A stretch of DNA of 64,000 nt from Octopus bimaculoides (lineage: Eukaryota), in assembly GCF_001194135.2 (NCBI RefSeq), contig NC_068992.1, positions 4,390,216 through 4,454,215 on the forward strand, written 5' to 3'. This document shows, piece by piece, positions 25,023 through 37,993 of this stretch; the first letter of the stretch is position 1; every line of letters begins with the position of its first letter. The notes below the pieces were generated by a model that saw only the letters and a list, made by a program, of their open reading frames with translations, did no database searches and had not been told where the DNA came from. A program made the position numbers and the translations under genes.

Positions 25023-26639
25023 TACCCGAACATATCAATGTTGAATAACAGAATCTGAATATTCCCGTCGTTTTTCTCTGAATGTTTACAGCATCAGGAT
25101 TTTAACCCACATGGGTTTACGCAGGATTGTATTTAAGGACGTATGCGTTTGTTCCTACAACATCGGAAATTTGAACTATGAACTTTTAAGCCTCTTTTTT
25201 ATTCTCTTTCTTCATCTCCCTTTTGTGTATGTTTGTGTAAGTATACGAAAATATTGATATATTTATGCATAAACTTATGCAGTGCGTATTTTACATAATA
25301 AATATCAATACAATCATAGATATTGGTAGAGATTTACAAAGTCCAATTTATACAAACGAATGCGCGCGCACGCATATATACAGGAATACAGATGTGTACT
25401 TATAGCAATATCTTGTGAAGGCACATGTCTCAGCGGTTCGAACGTGGGGCATCTTGAGCAAGGCATATTATTACCCCAGTTATCTCAGCTATAGAAACGA
25501 GTGCCATGCTGTATCGGTTTTTGCTTTTCATTTGGAGAACACTGCTGGCGTGGAGGCTGGTATTCATGGGTGACTGCTGGTCTTCCATGAAAACAACCTT
25601 ACTTGGAATTATGCCTCGGAGGATAACTTTCTCGGTGCAATCCTATGGTCATTATATTATATCTTGTGCGCACAGTGACATGTACGAGTGCGACTCTTGA
25701 GTTCAGACCTCCTTGTCCATTATCATACACTTTGCTTCTAATATAACGCTGCTTAGTTTTGTACTACTATTCTCAATAGTTTTACTGGTTATGATATACA
25801 GAGCGAATGCAAAAGAATTCGTGATAAACACAAGTTTTGTACCATTTGTTCCCTACGTAATTATCGCCGTTGTGGCTGTTTATAATTAGAGCATTGAATG
25901 TTCAGAGTGTTGTTGGATGCTTAACGACAACGGTTCATCACGGTCAGTCTTTATTGTATTGCTATCAGTTCTTAAATCCAATTGTCTGGGCCGCGAAAAT
26001 AATGAAAAGAAAACATCGTGTGGACGGAGAATGTCGGAATGAATATCTCGGAGAGGATTCCACGACAATTAAGGACAAATGTGAGATGTTAAGACGTGAT
26101 GAATATTATGTGAAATATCTGAAAATATCTAAAGGCACGGATGTATTTTCACATTCATTCAAACAAATTCCTAGAAGAAAATACATATTCATCTAGATAT
26201 TTTACAAGAGGTAATCGTTTGAAACATATCTATAGATACATCTTATTCTCACACACATGAATGCGAATATCCAGAAATTTCTAGAGTTAGATAAGTGAAA
26301 CTTGTGTTTTGTTAACAGCTGTTTTCTAGTTGTGGAAACAAGTCAGATTTAAAGAAAACACCATAAATACGCCGGGAAATGTCTAGACTTTAGCTTGTCA
26401 CTATTGTTAATGGCTATTTCCTAGACTGTTAGGAAGAATATATCATACATATTGACATATATAAATACAGACAAATATAAATATTCTGTCTAATATTTGG
26501 TAAATATGGCAGAGACATTGACCATCACACAAAATATTTATTCCAGTCGAAATAGTACGCCGTATGACTATAATTATTTATATAAAGGCTGCTTGGTAAT
26601 CAAGGTCGTTTTCTAATAAAGTCATTTCGAGTACCTCAT

Positions 26640-26712
26640 ACTGCGCCTCTCTAAAATGTCTTCTATTATAGCCTCACACGTCGACAAATGTCATGTGAGT
26701 GAACATGGTAGA
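26640..26712 (+). mobile_element. SINE family B core fragment
   Basis: aatgtcttctattatagcctc...tgtgagtgaacatggtagatgg. Confidence 0.55.
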
Positions 26713-27078
26713 TGGTACTTATTTTATCGACCTCGAAAGGAAGAAAAGCAAAGCTGACCTCGGCGGAATTTAAAGTTGGAACGTAGCGATGGCCGAAATA
26801 CCTCTAAGCATTTCGTCCAGTTAACGGTTCTGCCAGCTCACCGCCATTTGTACATGTTTCAATAATCTTTTCTACTGTAGGCACAAGGCCCGACATTTTG
26901 AGGGAGGCTCCCAGTCGATTAGATCGACCCTAGTACGCGACTGGTACTTAATTTATCGACCCCGAAAGGATGAAAGGCAAAGTCGACCTCGTCGGAATTT
27001 GAACTCAGAACGTAAAGACAGACGAAATACCGCTAAGCATTTCGCTCGTCGAGCTAACGTTTCTGCCAGATTACCGCC
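26713..27078 (-). mobile_element. Two tandem SINE family A copies (26713-26845 partial, 26862-27078 full length)
   Basis: The second copy is near consensus: atcgaccccgaaaggatgaaaggcaaagtcgacctcgtcggaatttgaactcagaacgtaaagacagacgaaataccgctaagcatttcg. Confidence 0.92.
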
Positions 27079-27559
27079 TATTTTACGTGTTTTAGTGATA
27101 CCTTCTATTAGTCAGCGACCGAACAAAATCTTTTGTTATTGACTGGAAAGAAAAATGCACTAATAGCGAAATGTCAAAGACATTGTAAAATATAGTGTAC
27201 TTTAAAAAAAATGTTTTGCATGTATTTTGGAATAATTTTCTTGTTTCTTTGAAATTATTATTGTTAGAAACGTTCCGAGCAAATCCACTGATTTAAATGC
27301 TCAGTTCGTTCACACATCAATTAGATTTTGCTTTTTATTGCTTTCTTTCTTGTTTATGGATGCATCACAGCATCGTAACGTTTTCTAGCTTAGAATATAT
27401 TGCGCACATTTGTCGTAAATTCGGTAAAGAATTATTTTATGCTTGCTGTAGACATACTTGTGGTGAAGAAAACTTGTTATATGCGTAATTTATTATCTGC
27501 TGGATATTTCTCTCGAGTTTGTTTAAAGAATAATTTCGAGAAATTCATTAACCAATGTC

Positions 27560-28310
27560 TTTATTAAATTTGCTTTTTCGTAGTGGTAGTCAGATAAAGT
27601 TGAATATACGTTTGGGTTATACGAGAGGATTTGACGGGAACTGGTTCATATTTATGCTACACCTATTCTAATCTTATCATAACTGAATTTGAGTTAAATT
27701 GATAGGTAAGTTGGATTAGAGCTGACTTGGGAGGAATCACCTTTAATGAAGAAAACATTAGATAATATAACTAAATACATTGTTTTAAAAAGGAAATATT
27801 TGGAATAATTTTGATAATCAGTGTAAATGTTTAGTGCACGAGAAAGTCAGCTTCTACGAAGAACTCACGAGATTATGTGATCCTAGATACATTGTTTCAC
27901 AAAAAAAAAAAAAAATAAATAAAAGAAAGAAAGAAAGAAAGAAAAAGGAAAAATGTCTGAATGGTCCACATCAGACAATTTTGGTAAAAGATCTGATGAA
28001 GCGGGGTTGATTATAGAGTAAAAGCCAGGCTCTTCATGAGTGGAATGATTTACTTTCTTTCATCATAGTTCATCCGGATCAAATCTGACGAAGGAAAAAA
28101 TCAATGTAATTTCTTTTAAATTTACACCGTGTATTTTTCAACATACAATTTAAAATTTTCACACCAACATTTGGAGCAAAGAAAGGGACATTGAAAGGGA
28201 TATGTCAAGCAATTTTGGAAGATCAAAAATGGCACATGAATTGCTGCTGGATTTGGAAAGATAGTAACAGTATTCAAATGTTTACGGTGCATGGCTACAC
28301 TAAATATTAA
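27560..28310 (+). mobile_element. Very degenerate Tc1-like transposase remnant
   Basis: Scattered motifs only: LGGITFN (compare WGGISF) near 27727, a possible SPDLN remnant near 28068, and C-terminal HGYTKY* at 28290-28310. Confidence 0.3.
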
Positions 28311-29531
28311 GGCAACTTCATTAAAACACGTAAACTTCTATGTAAAAAATACGGTATGTAGGATATCCGACAAGTTTTTCCAATATTTCTAATTTACTAA
28401 ACTATACCTTATTATACTCAAATATAACTGTGGCTGAAAAATTTCTCTTCACAAAATCATGGATTCCGCTTCGGTCCCACATGTTAGCCACATGTCTTGT
28501 ACTATCGGCTAGGAGCGATAGAAACCTCATCAGTGAAGACTTTTTAAATGAAGTTATACAAACTCATCGAATGGATAAATGTGTTGGGTATATTATCTTT
28601 TGTCTGAGGATCGGTTTAAAATTACTACCTGCTATTTACGTCCGTGTAGCGTAGTGAGATATTTCTGTGATATGCATTGCACCAATCTAACAATATGAGG
28701 AGACGTTTGTATTTTCCTCCTCCAGTTTCATAGGCCACTGGGAACAGAATCATAAGTGATGACTATCAACTTTGATCGAGAATTAAATTTCAAATAAATG
28801 AAAGTACTGTATATGAGCATCACGAACCGCGCCAATGTTAAAGACAGAAGTTTGTATCGGGCAGAAAATATTCTTACTAAAAAAAAAAACAACGTCAAGA
28901 TATCTGTTAAAAATAAAAACGCAAAATATTGGATTAATAACTATGGAAAACACAAACAAATCGATTTATATGAAAACTGAGCAAAAAGAAAAAAAGCAAA
29001 TATCTTTCTCGTTAAAATTATTCAACAGCCTGATCTCTTCTTCCTACAATATCTAATATTGGGCAGGAACGTTATTATCTATGAAATGGAAGAGTGTAGG
29101 AGAATGGCACCAAAACATGAGGCAGCTGTTTTCTTTTCATATATTCTTTGTGAAGATTCTGCAATGGAAGAGACACTGAAAAGACAGTCTAATTGTTAAA
29201 CCATATTTTGCATCACGTTTTCCTTCTTTTGCCGTTATTTGTTTGTATATCTATTTATTTATTTACTTATATAAATATTTAGTATTTATTTGTGTGTTTG
29301 CTTATATACTTTATATCGCGATATAAAGAGAGCATTATCGATGGCTATAGATTATACTTACGTGTCTACGAATGGTTCATAAATAGAGCTTCAAGAAGAC
29401 GTCTGCTGCAATTAGTTGCAAAGAATGATGTTCTTGTAACGGACTGCGATCGAAGAGCACCGTTTTCTCGCACCGATGTACATCGTCGAAAAGACTGAAG
29501 TCAGATAACCAATCACTGCACACTCGCAAAC

Positions 29532-29589
<58 letters not shown>

Positions 29590-29592
<3 letters not shown>

Positions 29593-30020
29593 AAAATAGT
29601 GAGATAATCAATAGATTATTATTTATTAATAAAAAAATTGACAAACATCCTTTACAGCTGTTTCAATTCAAGACCCTCAGAAAATTCCTGCATGTTGAGT
29701 AGAATTGTCTAGACAATGTAGACTTTCATTATTAATATATTTTAATTTTAGTTGCATATACCAAAGTCATTAATAAGATTCTTTCTCTATTAAAGTTCAG
29801 TAATGGACTGGATTATGTCGACTTCCAGTGATAAATGTTTATGAATTTGTCTTTTGAAATAAGGTAAACAAACTTATTATATTTTGTTTTTTCTGACTTA
29901 AGGAAATGTTCATTTGAAGAAATTGTTAAATCTTCTTCAGCCAGTGATTGGTTGGAGATCATTTCTCTTTGTTGTAACAGCAATTCCATTTTCGTATTAA
30001 ACCTAATGCATAGAGGTATC
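29590..30020 (-). mobile_element. Penelope-like element end with decayed hammerhead motif
   Basis: Minus strand CTGAGGG...GAAACAGCTGTAAAGGATG followed by an AT-rich tail abutting (TA)n. Confidence 0.4.
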
Positions 30021-30216
30021 TGTCAAAATATATAACATACATAAATAGTGATCGATATCCATAAACATATATCATCTATTTATATTAGAGTTACTTTTGT
30101 TTCATAACCGTGAATGAAAAGACAGAAAAGGAAACGCTAGATATTACAGGCTAGCCATGGGTGCAACTTTTTGGTAAGACATAGTCACCACAGAGCTATG
30201 ATCTGGGAAACAATTA

Positions 30217-30293
<77 letters not shown>

Positions 30294-32084
30294 NNNNNNN
30301 NNNTGTATAAACATATATAAATATATATGGCGGGGGGCGTGTGTGTGGGGGGCGTGTGTGTGGGGGGACTTGTTTGCGAGTGAGCACATCTGTTTGTGTG
30401 TGTGTGAGAGAGAGAGAAATATCTATTTCAATAATAGTTCTAACATGTCAGACAGACTGAACAAACAAACGACTGAAACGCAGACAAGCCTAAACGAATC
30501 AAGGACAGTATTCATCACATGTAACAAAGAAACGTTTATGCGAAGAACGACTTCGCAATCTAGAATACACTACCAAATTAAAATACAGGTAGATATAAAA
30601 TAATGTACATGACAACACTTCGAAAGACAAATCAATCAAACTGTCTGGTCTACTTCCGAGATTGACAATTTCTTTTTTAATCTGATATAATGCATAGTGA
30701 AAGTAGTGACGCAGACCTATATCTGAATTAATTACATGCATTCTTTCTCACCATGTCTTTCACTATGATATATATATATATATGTATTTATATGTGCATA
30801 CGTGTATATAAAATAAAGCAAAACAATTATGTCTGCTTGTGTGTGGGGTGTTTGTGGGAGAAGGTAAATAAAATGATTGAATGTCTCAATGGAATGCGTA
30901 ACTAGATATTTTACAAATACAAAAACACAAGGGGGAAAATATATATATAGATAGACTTACACACACATTTACAGACCAGCGTGGCACGCTCGTACACTGA
31001 GACGCACACTTAGAGCCACATGCATGTGTCCCTGTTTCTTACTCATATTAATACACACACACATATATGTGTGTGTGTGTGTATTTATTTTTCAGTATAT
31101 ATTATTCATTGTGTTCCATATGTGTAGGAGGGAAACTGTCAAGGTATCTATCCGTTCAAACATACCACCACCCATTTTCTAATTAACGAATTATTTTTTT
31201 AGCAGTGTTTGGGATAGAAAAAAAAATCTACGCAAGAATGTCCCGTAATATGACAGCACCACTTTCTGCAGAATGCTATCATTCAATATTATTGAAATGG
31301 TTCACGAATGTAGGAAAGTATTATATGAAATGTAAGACCTCTAATATAATAACCATGTAAGAATATCCCTCCAGAAATAACAAATGTTGAGTGTGCAACA
31401 GTCTACAGAATAACTGCATAATTAGGGATCCAGTGTACAATATGAATTATAATGGAATGTTAATGCAAGGGAAACCGAAGCTAACTGTATAGGCAGAACA
31501 ACCTGCTGTATATTTGAAAGGAAGCGATAACACAGGCGTGAATGGCATAAAAAGAAACTGGCAGATATTGTGTACCAGCTACTATAAAAACTATGTAATA
31601 ATACACATATATCATTGATAAATAATTTTATTTTCGTACTTCCTAGAATAGCCACCATCACGGCAGTTTACAGATGACGTAACAATAGGGGAGTGAGATT
31701 CAGACACCAAACACAGTAAAGAAAATGAAGGAGAATATCACAATTATGCTGCATGAGCCATGCACCCAAAACTACCATGGACGTAACCATCATCAAGCCA
31801 AAAGTCAGTCACTACACACACACTCACCCCCCCCCCCCCACACACAGAGAAACATAAAGAGGGCGCTTCATAAATTTTCAAAATCTACTTTTTCGATTAA
31901 AAGCTTTCCCTACGATTTGCAAAGATGCGAGTGGTGTTGAAAAACATTTCCACAATCCTCATGCTGGTGTGCTATTCAAAAAGTCTGCCCTGCCTAGACA
32001 TTCTATTGTGAAAACCAGCAAGTGCAGGGTATTCCGCTAGCGTGTATATATATATATAAATAATCATTATTATTATTCCAGATT

Positions 32085-32618
32085 TACTTCCAGTCATTCG
32101 ACTACGGCCATGCTTGGGCATTGACCTGAACATTTTAAGTCGAACTTATCCACGCTAGTATTTACTTTATTTTTAATCCTGATATATATTGAATCGGTCT
32201 TTTTACCGAACCGTTCGGTTATGGGGACTTAAACACACCAACATCGGTTGCCAAGCAGTGCTGGAGATAACACAGACAGAAAGACACACACACACACGTA
32301 TACACACACACACCCACACACACACCACACACACACCACCCACACACACACACACACACCACACAAACACACACAAACACACACACAAACACACACACAC
32401 ACACGCACACACACTCCAACATACTCACATATACACACAAAAACACACACAAACCTTTATATGAATACGTCGGGCTTCCTTCAGGTTTCCTCTGCTAGTC
32501 ATAAAACTTTACTCAGCTCAAGGCTTTAGAACAAGACACCTCCCCAAGTTGCCACGCAGTGAGACTCAATCCGAACCATGAGGTTGGGAAGCAAACGTGT
32601 TACCAGACATCCACACCT
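32085..32618 (-). mobile_element. Full-length SINE family B with expanded internal (CA)n
   Basis: Tail cagtcattcgactacggccatgc, body aaacacaccaacatcggttgccaagc, core ccccaagttgccacgcagtgagactcaatcc. Confidence 0.88.
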
Positions 32619-33554
32619 ACGCCTTGTGCGTGTGTGTGTGTGTCCCATCAGTGGCATCCCTAGTGTGTGTGTGTGTGAGTCAATCAGTGTCATCTCTATT
32701 GCGTGTGTGTGTATGTGTGTGCGTGTGTTTGTTGTAAGGGAATCACTATGATGTAATTATCCATTTCATAAACCTTGTGTAGATAAGACAAAGCGCGAAT
32801 GTGGCCGTAGTAGTTTGAGCTGATGAAAATGGCGGCTAAATTTCCCCCAAGTTACGCTCAATAGACTCGATGTGACCTGGGGTTCATTGTGATCACATAA
32901 TTCAAGATGCATATGGTGTGAATTAAACAATGGGATTATCACAGATTAAAAATCTTAGATTATATGTAAGCCTAAACCGGGGTTGAACCAGATATAGCCA
33001 ACATTAGCAGTGACAAGTAGAAAAACAAAAAAGGAACAAGAAATTATTTGAAACGAATTGTATAAAAGTTTGTGTAGCTCTTCGCTATTTTAATTACCTG
33101 GATATTATTCGTAATAATTTCCAAATGATGATACTGCAAATGACCTCAGATTATTTTATTAGTGACGAATAGCTAAATGAACTAATTTTAATTTCCATCA
33201 CCATCATCATTATGATTTGCAATGAAATTGATAACGAACGTTAATTATAAAAAAAATTACTCTAATCGAAGAATTTTTAACAAATAATATTTTGTCTTTG
33301 TCATTTAATGCTAATTTCGTAACATTGTTACAAGGGCATGCATTTATGATTGCGTGAGAAGTGTTGTCGCATACATCGAAGGTAATGCTGTGATGAAACT
33401 TATTTATCGGCTTCGGTCGTATGAAGGTTAAAGTTTGTGGCTGCGAGATTTCAGTTAAATGCATAAAAGTTCCTAATTAAATATCGCAAAGCAATTTGTT
33501 TCATGTTGTAACGATTGTGTTTCATCCACGGCTATCTGTGCTCTTTCTAGAATA

Positions 33555-33690
33555 AGAACAAGACATGAAACTTGGGGCGGGTATTAGTCGTCATCACCGA
33601 TTCCAGTCCTGGATTGATACCTTACTTTATCGAACTTGGAAAGATGAAAGTGATGGTTGATCGACTCGATTAAAACTAAGATTATAAAGA
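33555..33690 (-). mobile_element. Diverged SINE family A
   Basis: ctttatcgaacttggaaagatgaaagtgatggttgatc is colinear with the core. Confidence 0.5.
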
Positions 33691-34305
33691 ACCAGAACAA
33701 TGACATTAGGCGATATGCGCACCCAGATAATCCTCTTTTATTTCTTAAATACTTTATTAGGTACATCTTTAGATAGAGGTATAGGAATTCACTGATCAAG
33801 GAAAAAACCTCAAAAACTTGTCAATGTACATTTAAAAAGTATCACCAGTAAAATCTAAGGATTAAACATTTCGTCATTTAAAGTCGATTCCGAGATATTC
33901 GTTTGATCTCAGTGACAAATGTAAGCGTAACTTCAATTGCTAACTTTCATAAGCAGATTAACAGATGTTTAGAGTTAGATCATCTGCAAATATTTGGCAG
34001 AGTTGTACGTGTGTATATACTGAGATTGGCATGGAATTGCAATCAACAGCATTTCCACCCGTTAATGTCTTATACTGGTTAGAGTTGATTTGCTTTTTTT
34101 GTAATAAATTATGCTCATTATGTAATTTTATGTCTTCCATTATTTTAAATGGTTTACTCATGAAATTTTTCGCAAAATATTTCATCGGCCCCCTTTTCGT
34201 TTTCATATATTAATCGTTTTCTTTCAGGTGCCGCATCATCATCATCCTCATCAGAATCAGACTCTCTTTCGGATCTCAAAGCATCGCAAGAGCAGTCTTG
34301 GTATA

Positions 34306-34890
34306 TTTTATTATGTTTGAGATGCCCTTACCACTAAATCTCAGTAACCTGTTATCACAATTGAAACCCAGAAGGTGAACCAGCAGTCCTTTTGATGCTC
34401 TTTCGAGCATCAAGCTAACTGTTAGGAACAGCATATAATCTGCTCAGCTTGTTCAAATGGTTTGATTGATTGGATAAATAAAAGGAAGAGTAGAATGGCG
34501 TTTGCAGTAACGCTGATATGGAGACAATCGAAGGATCATTTAACAAACAATCATTTCTGCATGGATAATGTATTTCAGCTTGGTGCTAAATCCAAGCATA
34601 ACATTGAATATCCCACCTTGAAATCAACAAGAAGGAAAATGTTACACAACGATGATGACATTCCTATTCCAGTACCACCGGAGAATCGGTTTCAAATGTC
34701 TGACGAAAAAGTACTTCCCGGGGAGACTAAAACTTATATGGAAGAAACGAGAGCGGATGAACATCATGTGCTGAAAATGATGAAGAACCACTGAAATTTC
34801 CTTAAAAGTAGTTGAATGATTTGGTTAGAGACTTGGCTCTGTCGAAGGATAATGTTGAACATTTTAGCAACTCATTAAAAAGTTAAGCGT
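34306..34890 (+). mobile_element. Chapaev3-like (CMC superfamily) DNA transposase N-terminal fragment, degenerate
   Basis: One frame reads FYYV*...HIICSACSNGLIDWINKRKSRMAFAVTLIWRQSKDHLTNNHFCMDN...KSKHNIEYPTLKS...DDIPIPVPPEN, then LNDLVRDLALSK at 34812. This matches the recalled Chapaev3 pattern C..C..L..W....R.M.FA.P.IWREP.DH...CYFC ... ELNDLVRDL.L.K. Confidence 0.78.
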
Positions 34891-34939
34891 CAATAACTCT
34901 TCTGGTCGATTTCTTCGACTGAAACCATTCATGTTTTTA

Positions 34940-35068
34940 CCAGTTTCTGTCTGCTAAATCCCGACCGAAGGCTTTGGTCGGCCCGGGGTAATAGTAGAAG
35001 TGCATCGCAGACGATGTGAATCAGAAATCATGTGGTTGGGAAGTAAACAGCTAACTATGCAGCCACGC
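34940..35068 (-). mobile_element. SINE family B 5' part
   Basis: cagtttctgtctgctaaatcc..aaggctttggtcggcccggggtaatagtagaag...atgcagccacgc. Confidence 0.75.
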
Positions 35069-35271
35069 ACGCACCTGTTCAAATTTCCATTTCATTAAGA
35101 TCAATAATCAATAATATTTTTCTTTCATTTTAATAAAAAAAAAACCCAGAGAGAATATAAATTATTTTATAGATATCAGCATTATATCAAAATGATGATT
35201 TTCTTGTATGTTTGACCTTGAAGGGAGATGATTCTCAAAGTTGACCTCGTGGGGATTTGAACTGACTAATA

Positions 35272-35468
35272 TCGGTTTCCAAATTTGGTACAAGACCTAA
35301 AATTTCGAGGGAAGGATAAGTAGATTATATTGACCCTAGTATTTAACTGGTATTTTATCGACTCTGAAAGGATGAATGGTAAAGTCTATCTCGTCAGCAT
35401 TTGAACCCAGAACTTAAAGACGTTCACCATTTTGTCGTTGTGCTGACGTCTCTGCCAGCTCGCTGCCT
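35272..35468 (-). mobile_element. SINE family A
   Basis: ttttatcgactctgaaaggatgaatggtaaagtc...ctgccagctcgctgcc. Confidence 0.8.
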
Positions 35469-35639
35469 CAAACTGACTATTATTAGATTTCAATGAGATC
35501 CCGGTTCTTCCTTCTTGCTCCAGCTGGCCTTATTGTCACAATCACTATGAATTCTTATTCTTGTTGCTATTGTTGTTGTCAATGCCGCTTACGTTCAAGA
35601 TAAGGATAAGCCTTACAATGCCAACACATGCAAATCATT

Positions 35640-35672
35640 GATTCTTCTTCTTCTTCTTCTTCTTCGTCTTCT

Positions 35673-35719
<47 letters not shown>

Positions 35720-36027
35720 TTCTTCTTCTTTTTCTTCTTCTTCTTCTTCTTTTTTTTCTTCTTCTTCTTCTTCTTCTTCTTCTTCTTCTTCTTCTTCTTC
35801 TTCTAATTTGCTACATTCATCTACTCCATCATCATCACCATCATCATCAATGACATCATCGCCTTCTCCTTCTATTTCGCTTTATTCACCTACTCCATCA
35901 TCATTATCATCATCGTTGATATAATGTTCTTCTTCTTCTTCTTCTTCTTCTTCTTCTTCTTCTTCTTCTTCTTCTTCTTCTTCTTCTTCTTCTTCTTCTT
36001 CTTCTTCTAATTCGCCTCATTGACCTA

Positions 36028-36078
<51 letters not shown>

Positions 36079-36205
36079 TTTCTTCTGCTTCTTTTTCTAC
36101 TTCTTTCCTCGACCTCCACTTTCATTATCATCATCTTCCTTCATTATCTTAATCATCATCAACATACCCATCATCATCGTAATCAACCTCTTCCTCCTCA
36201 TCATT

Positions 36206-36236
<31 letters not shown>

Positions 36237-36290
36237 GCATCGTGATCATCCTCCATATCATCATCTTCTGCAGCTACTTCCTCCTTTCCC
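35640..36290. repeat. Long compound (TTC)n/(TCA)n tract
   Basis: Directly visible; source of the poly-S/L/I ORFs. Confidence 0.95.
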
Positions 36291-36787
36291 GAACACCTTC
36301 CCGAATCCTCACCACAAATTTAAATGCTTAAAGATGTTCTTAACAGCTTCTGTGATTTTTCAGCCAGCGAATCAATTAAGACGAATCAATACATAATTTA
36401 TTGGATATGAGTCATTGTGTGATAGAAAATATTCACATCCATTCTTGCAGATAAGGTGTTTATTCACAAGTTGAACAATGCCAAGTGCCTATACAAGTTA
36501 ACTTAATTGTTTAACTGATGCAACACACGCACACACATGCACACACACACACAAACGCATATATACACGCGTACATATACAGAAATAAGCACACACATAC
36601 TCAAGCGCAAACACACACAAACAAATGTAAAGCATAACAAAAATAGAAACAATAAATAAATAAAATTATGTCTTAAGTGACGAGTTTTATTCTATTACGT
36701 AATTTTAGCAAATGATGGAGTTATGAAGGTGAATTTATAATTTTTTTCCCCACTAACTTGGTTTTTTTCTTTGTTGTTTTATCTGTT

Positions 36788-36930
36788 TTCTTCTTCTTCT
36801 TCTTCTTCTTCTTCTTCTTCTTCTTCTTCTTCTTCTTCTTCTTCTTCTTCTTCTTCTGCTTCTTCTTCTTCTTCTTCTTCTTCTTCTTCTTCTTCTTCTT
36901 CTTCTTCTTCTTCTTCTTCTTCTTCTTCTC
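36788..36930. repeat. (TTC)n tract
   Basis: Directly visible. Confidence 0.97.
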
Positions 36931-36979
36931 ATTATTATCACTATTAATGTTAATATTAATACTGCTGCTACTGCTGTTA

Positions 36980-37207
36980 AAGCGGCGTGTGCTGGTAGAA
37001 TCTTTTTCACGCCGGATAAGACGACGCCTATCGGTATTTCGTCCGTCTCTACGTTCTGAGTTCGAATTCCTTCAGAGTCGACTTTGCTTTCATCCTTTCC
37101 GAGTCGATAAAATAAATACCAGCTGAATACTGAGGTCACTGCAATCGACTTACCCCTCAATTGATATTGCTGGCCTTGTACTAAAATTTGAAATAATAAT
37201 GATGATG

Positions 37208-37258
<51 letters not shown>
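36980..37258 (+). mobile_element. Full-length SINE family A with (AAT)n tail
   Basis: Head gcggcgtgtgctggtagaatc, B box gagttcgaattcc, core gtcgactttgctttcatcctttccgagtcgataaaat. Confidence 0.88.
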
Positions 37259-37616
37259 GCCCTAGGTGTACGGAAAAAAGTCGGTGAGAAATGGAAGAAA
37301 ATTTGAAGAAAGAAGAAAGAAAACAACAATAATAATAATTATTATTATTAGATTCGTTGCCGAGTAGTAGTACTTTGGAACACGTTACGGTTGTTTGTAT
37401 GGGTTATAATTTTTGCTTTCACTCCCCCGTTATCGTTTTATGTGCTAATTTTTTGCTAAGGTCTATTAATAAGAACGTCAGGTGTACTATGGTTGGTTTT
37501 TGCCCTCGTAAGCGGCAATATTTTCCACGTTCAGTTAGGTTCTTTTTAAAATAGTAAATACATATACAAGATAGAGTCATTAAGTGCTATCATGGGAGCA
37601 TCAAATGGGAGTACCT

Positions 37617-37993
37617 TTATTCCCACCAGCCCGCCCACAAACAAAAACATTAGGCGGATAAGGTGGAGGCATTGTTTTCAGTCGTGTTTGTTTGTCCGTG
37701 GACAAGATATCTCAGAAATCGCTGGATAGTTTCCGGTGGTTTCGGATGGTTTCAGGGACGTTTGGCCTCGTGACTGGAACGAACTGATTAGATTTGGGGA
37801 TCGATCCGGTACCGGACAAAGTTACCTGGATTATTTTTCTGATTTTGTTTTACTTAATTTTTCAGAGCGGTCGGGTTCATTTTTAGTATTCTCGTTTGTG
37901 AGAGCAGTTGAGTTACTTCAGATATTCTCATTTTAAAAAAATCATCTCCAGCTTATCATTGGCGGAGGTTTGCGCTCTTTGAGTGTTCTTGTA
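37617..37993 (+). mobile_element. Non-autonomous Helentron/DINE-1-like element (HINE)
   Basis: 5' ccgcc..ggcgg hairpin, then gtgtttgtttgtccgtggacaagatatctcagaaa, gattagatttggggatcgatccgg, and 3' tggcggaggtttgcgctctttgagtg. This is the recalled HINE layout. Confidence 0.6.

Noticed and set aside
31420-31610. Possible R4/Dong zinc-knuckle remnant (HRREWHKKKLADIVYQLL)
   Set aside because: Similarity is too weak without alignment.
34215-34256. Minus-strand CTGATGA...GAAA
   Set aside because: It arises from a (GAT)n run; no proper stem II or stem I.
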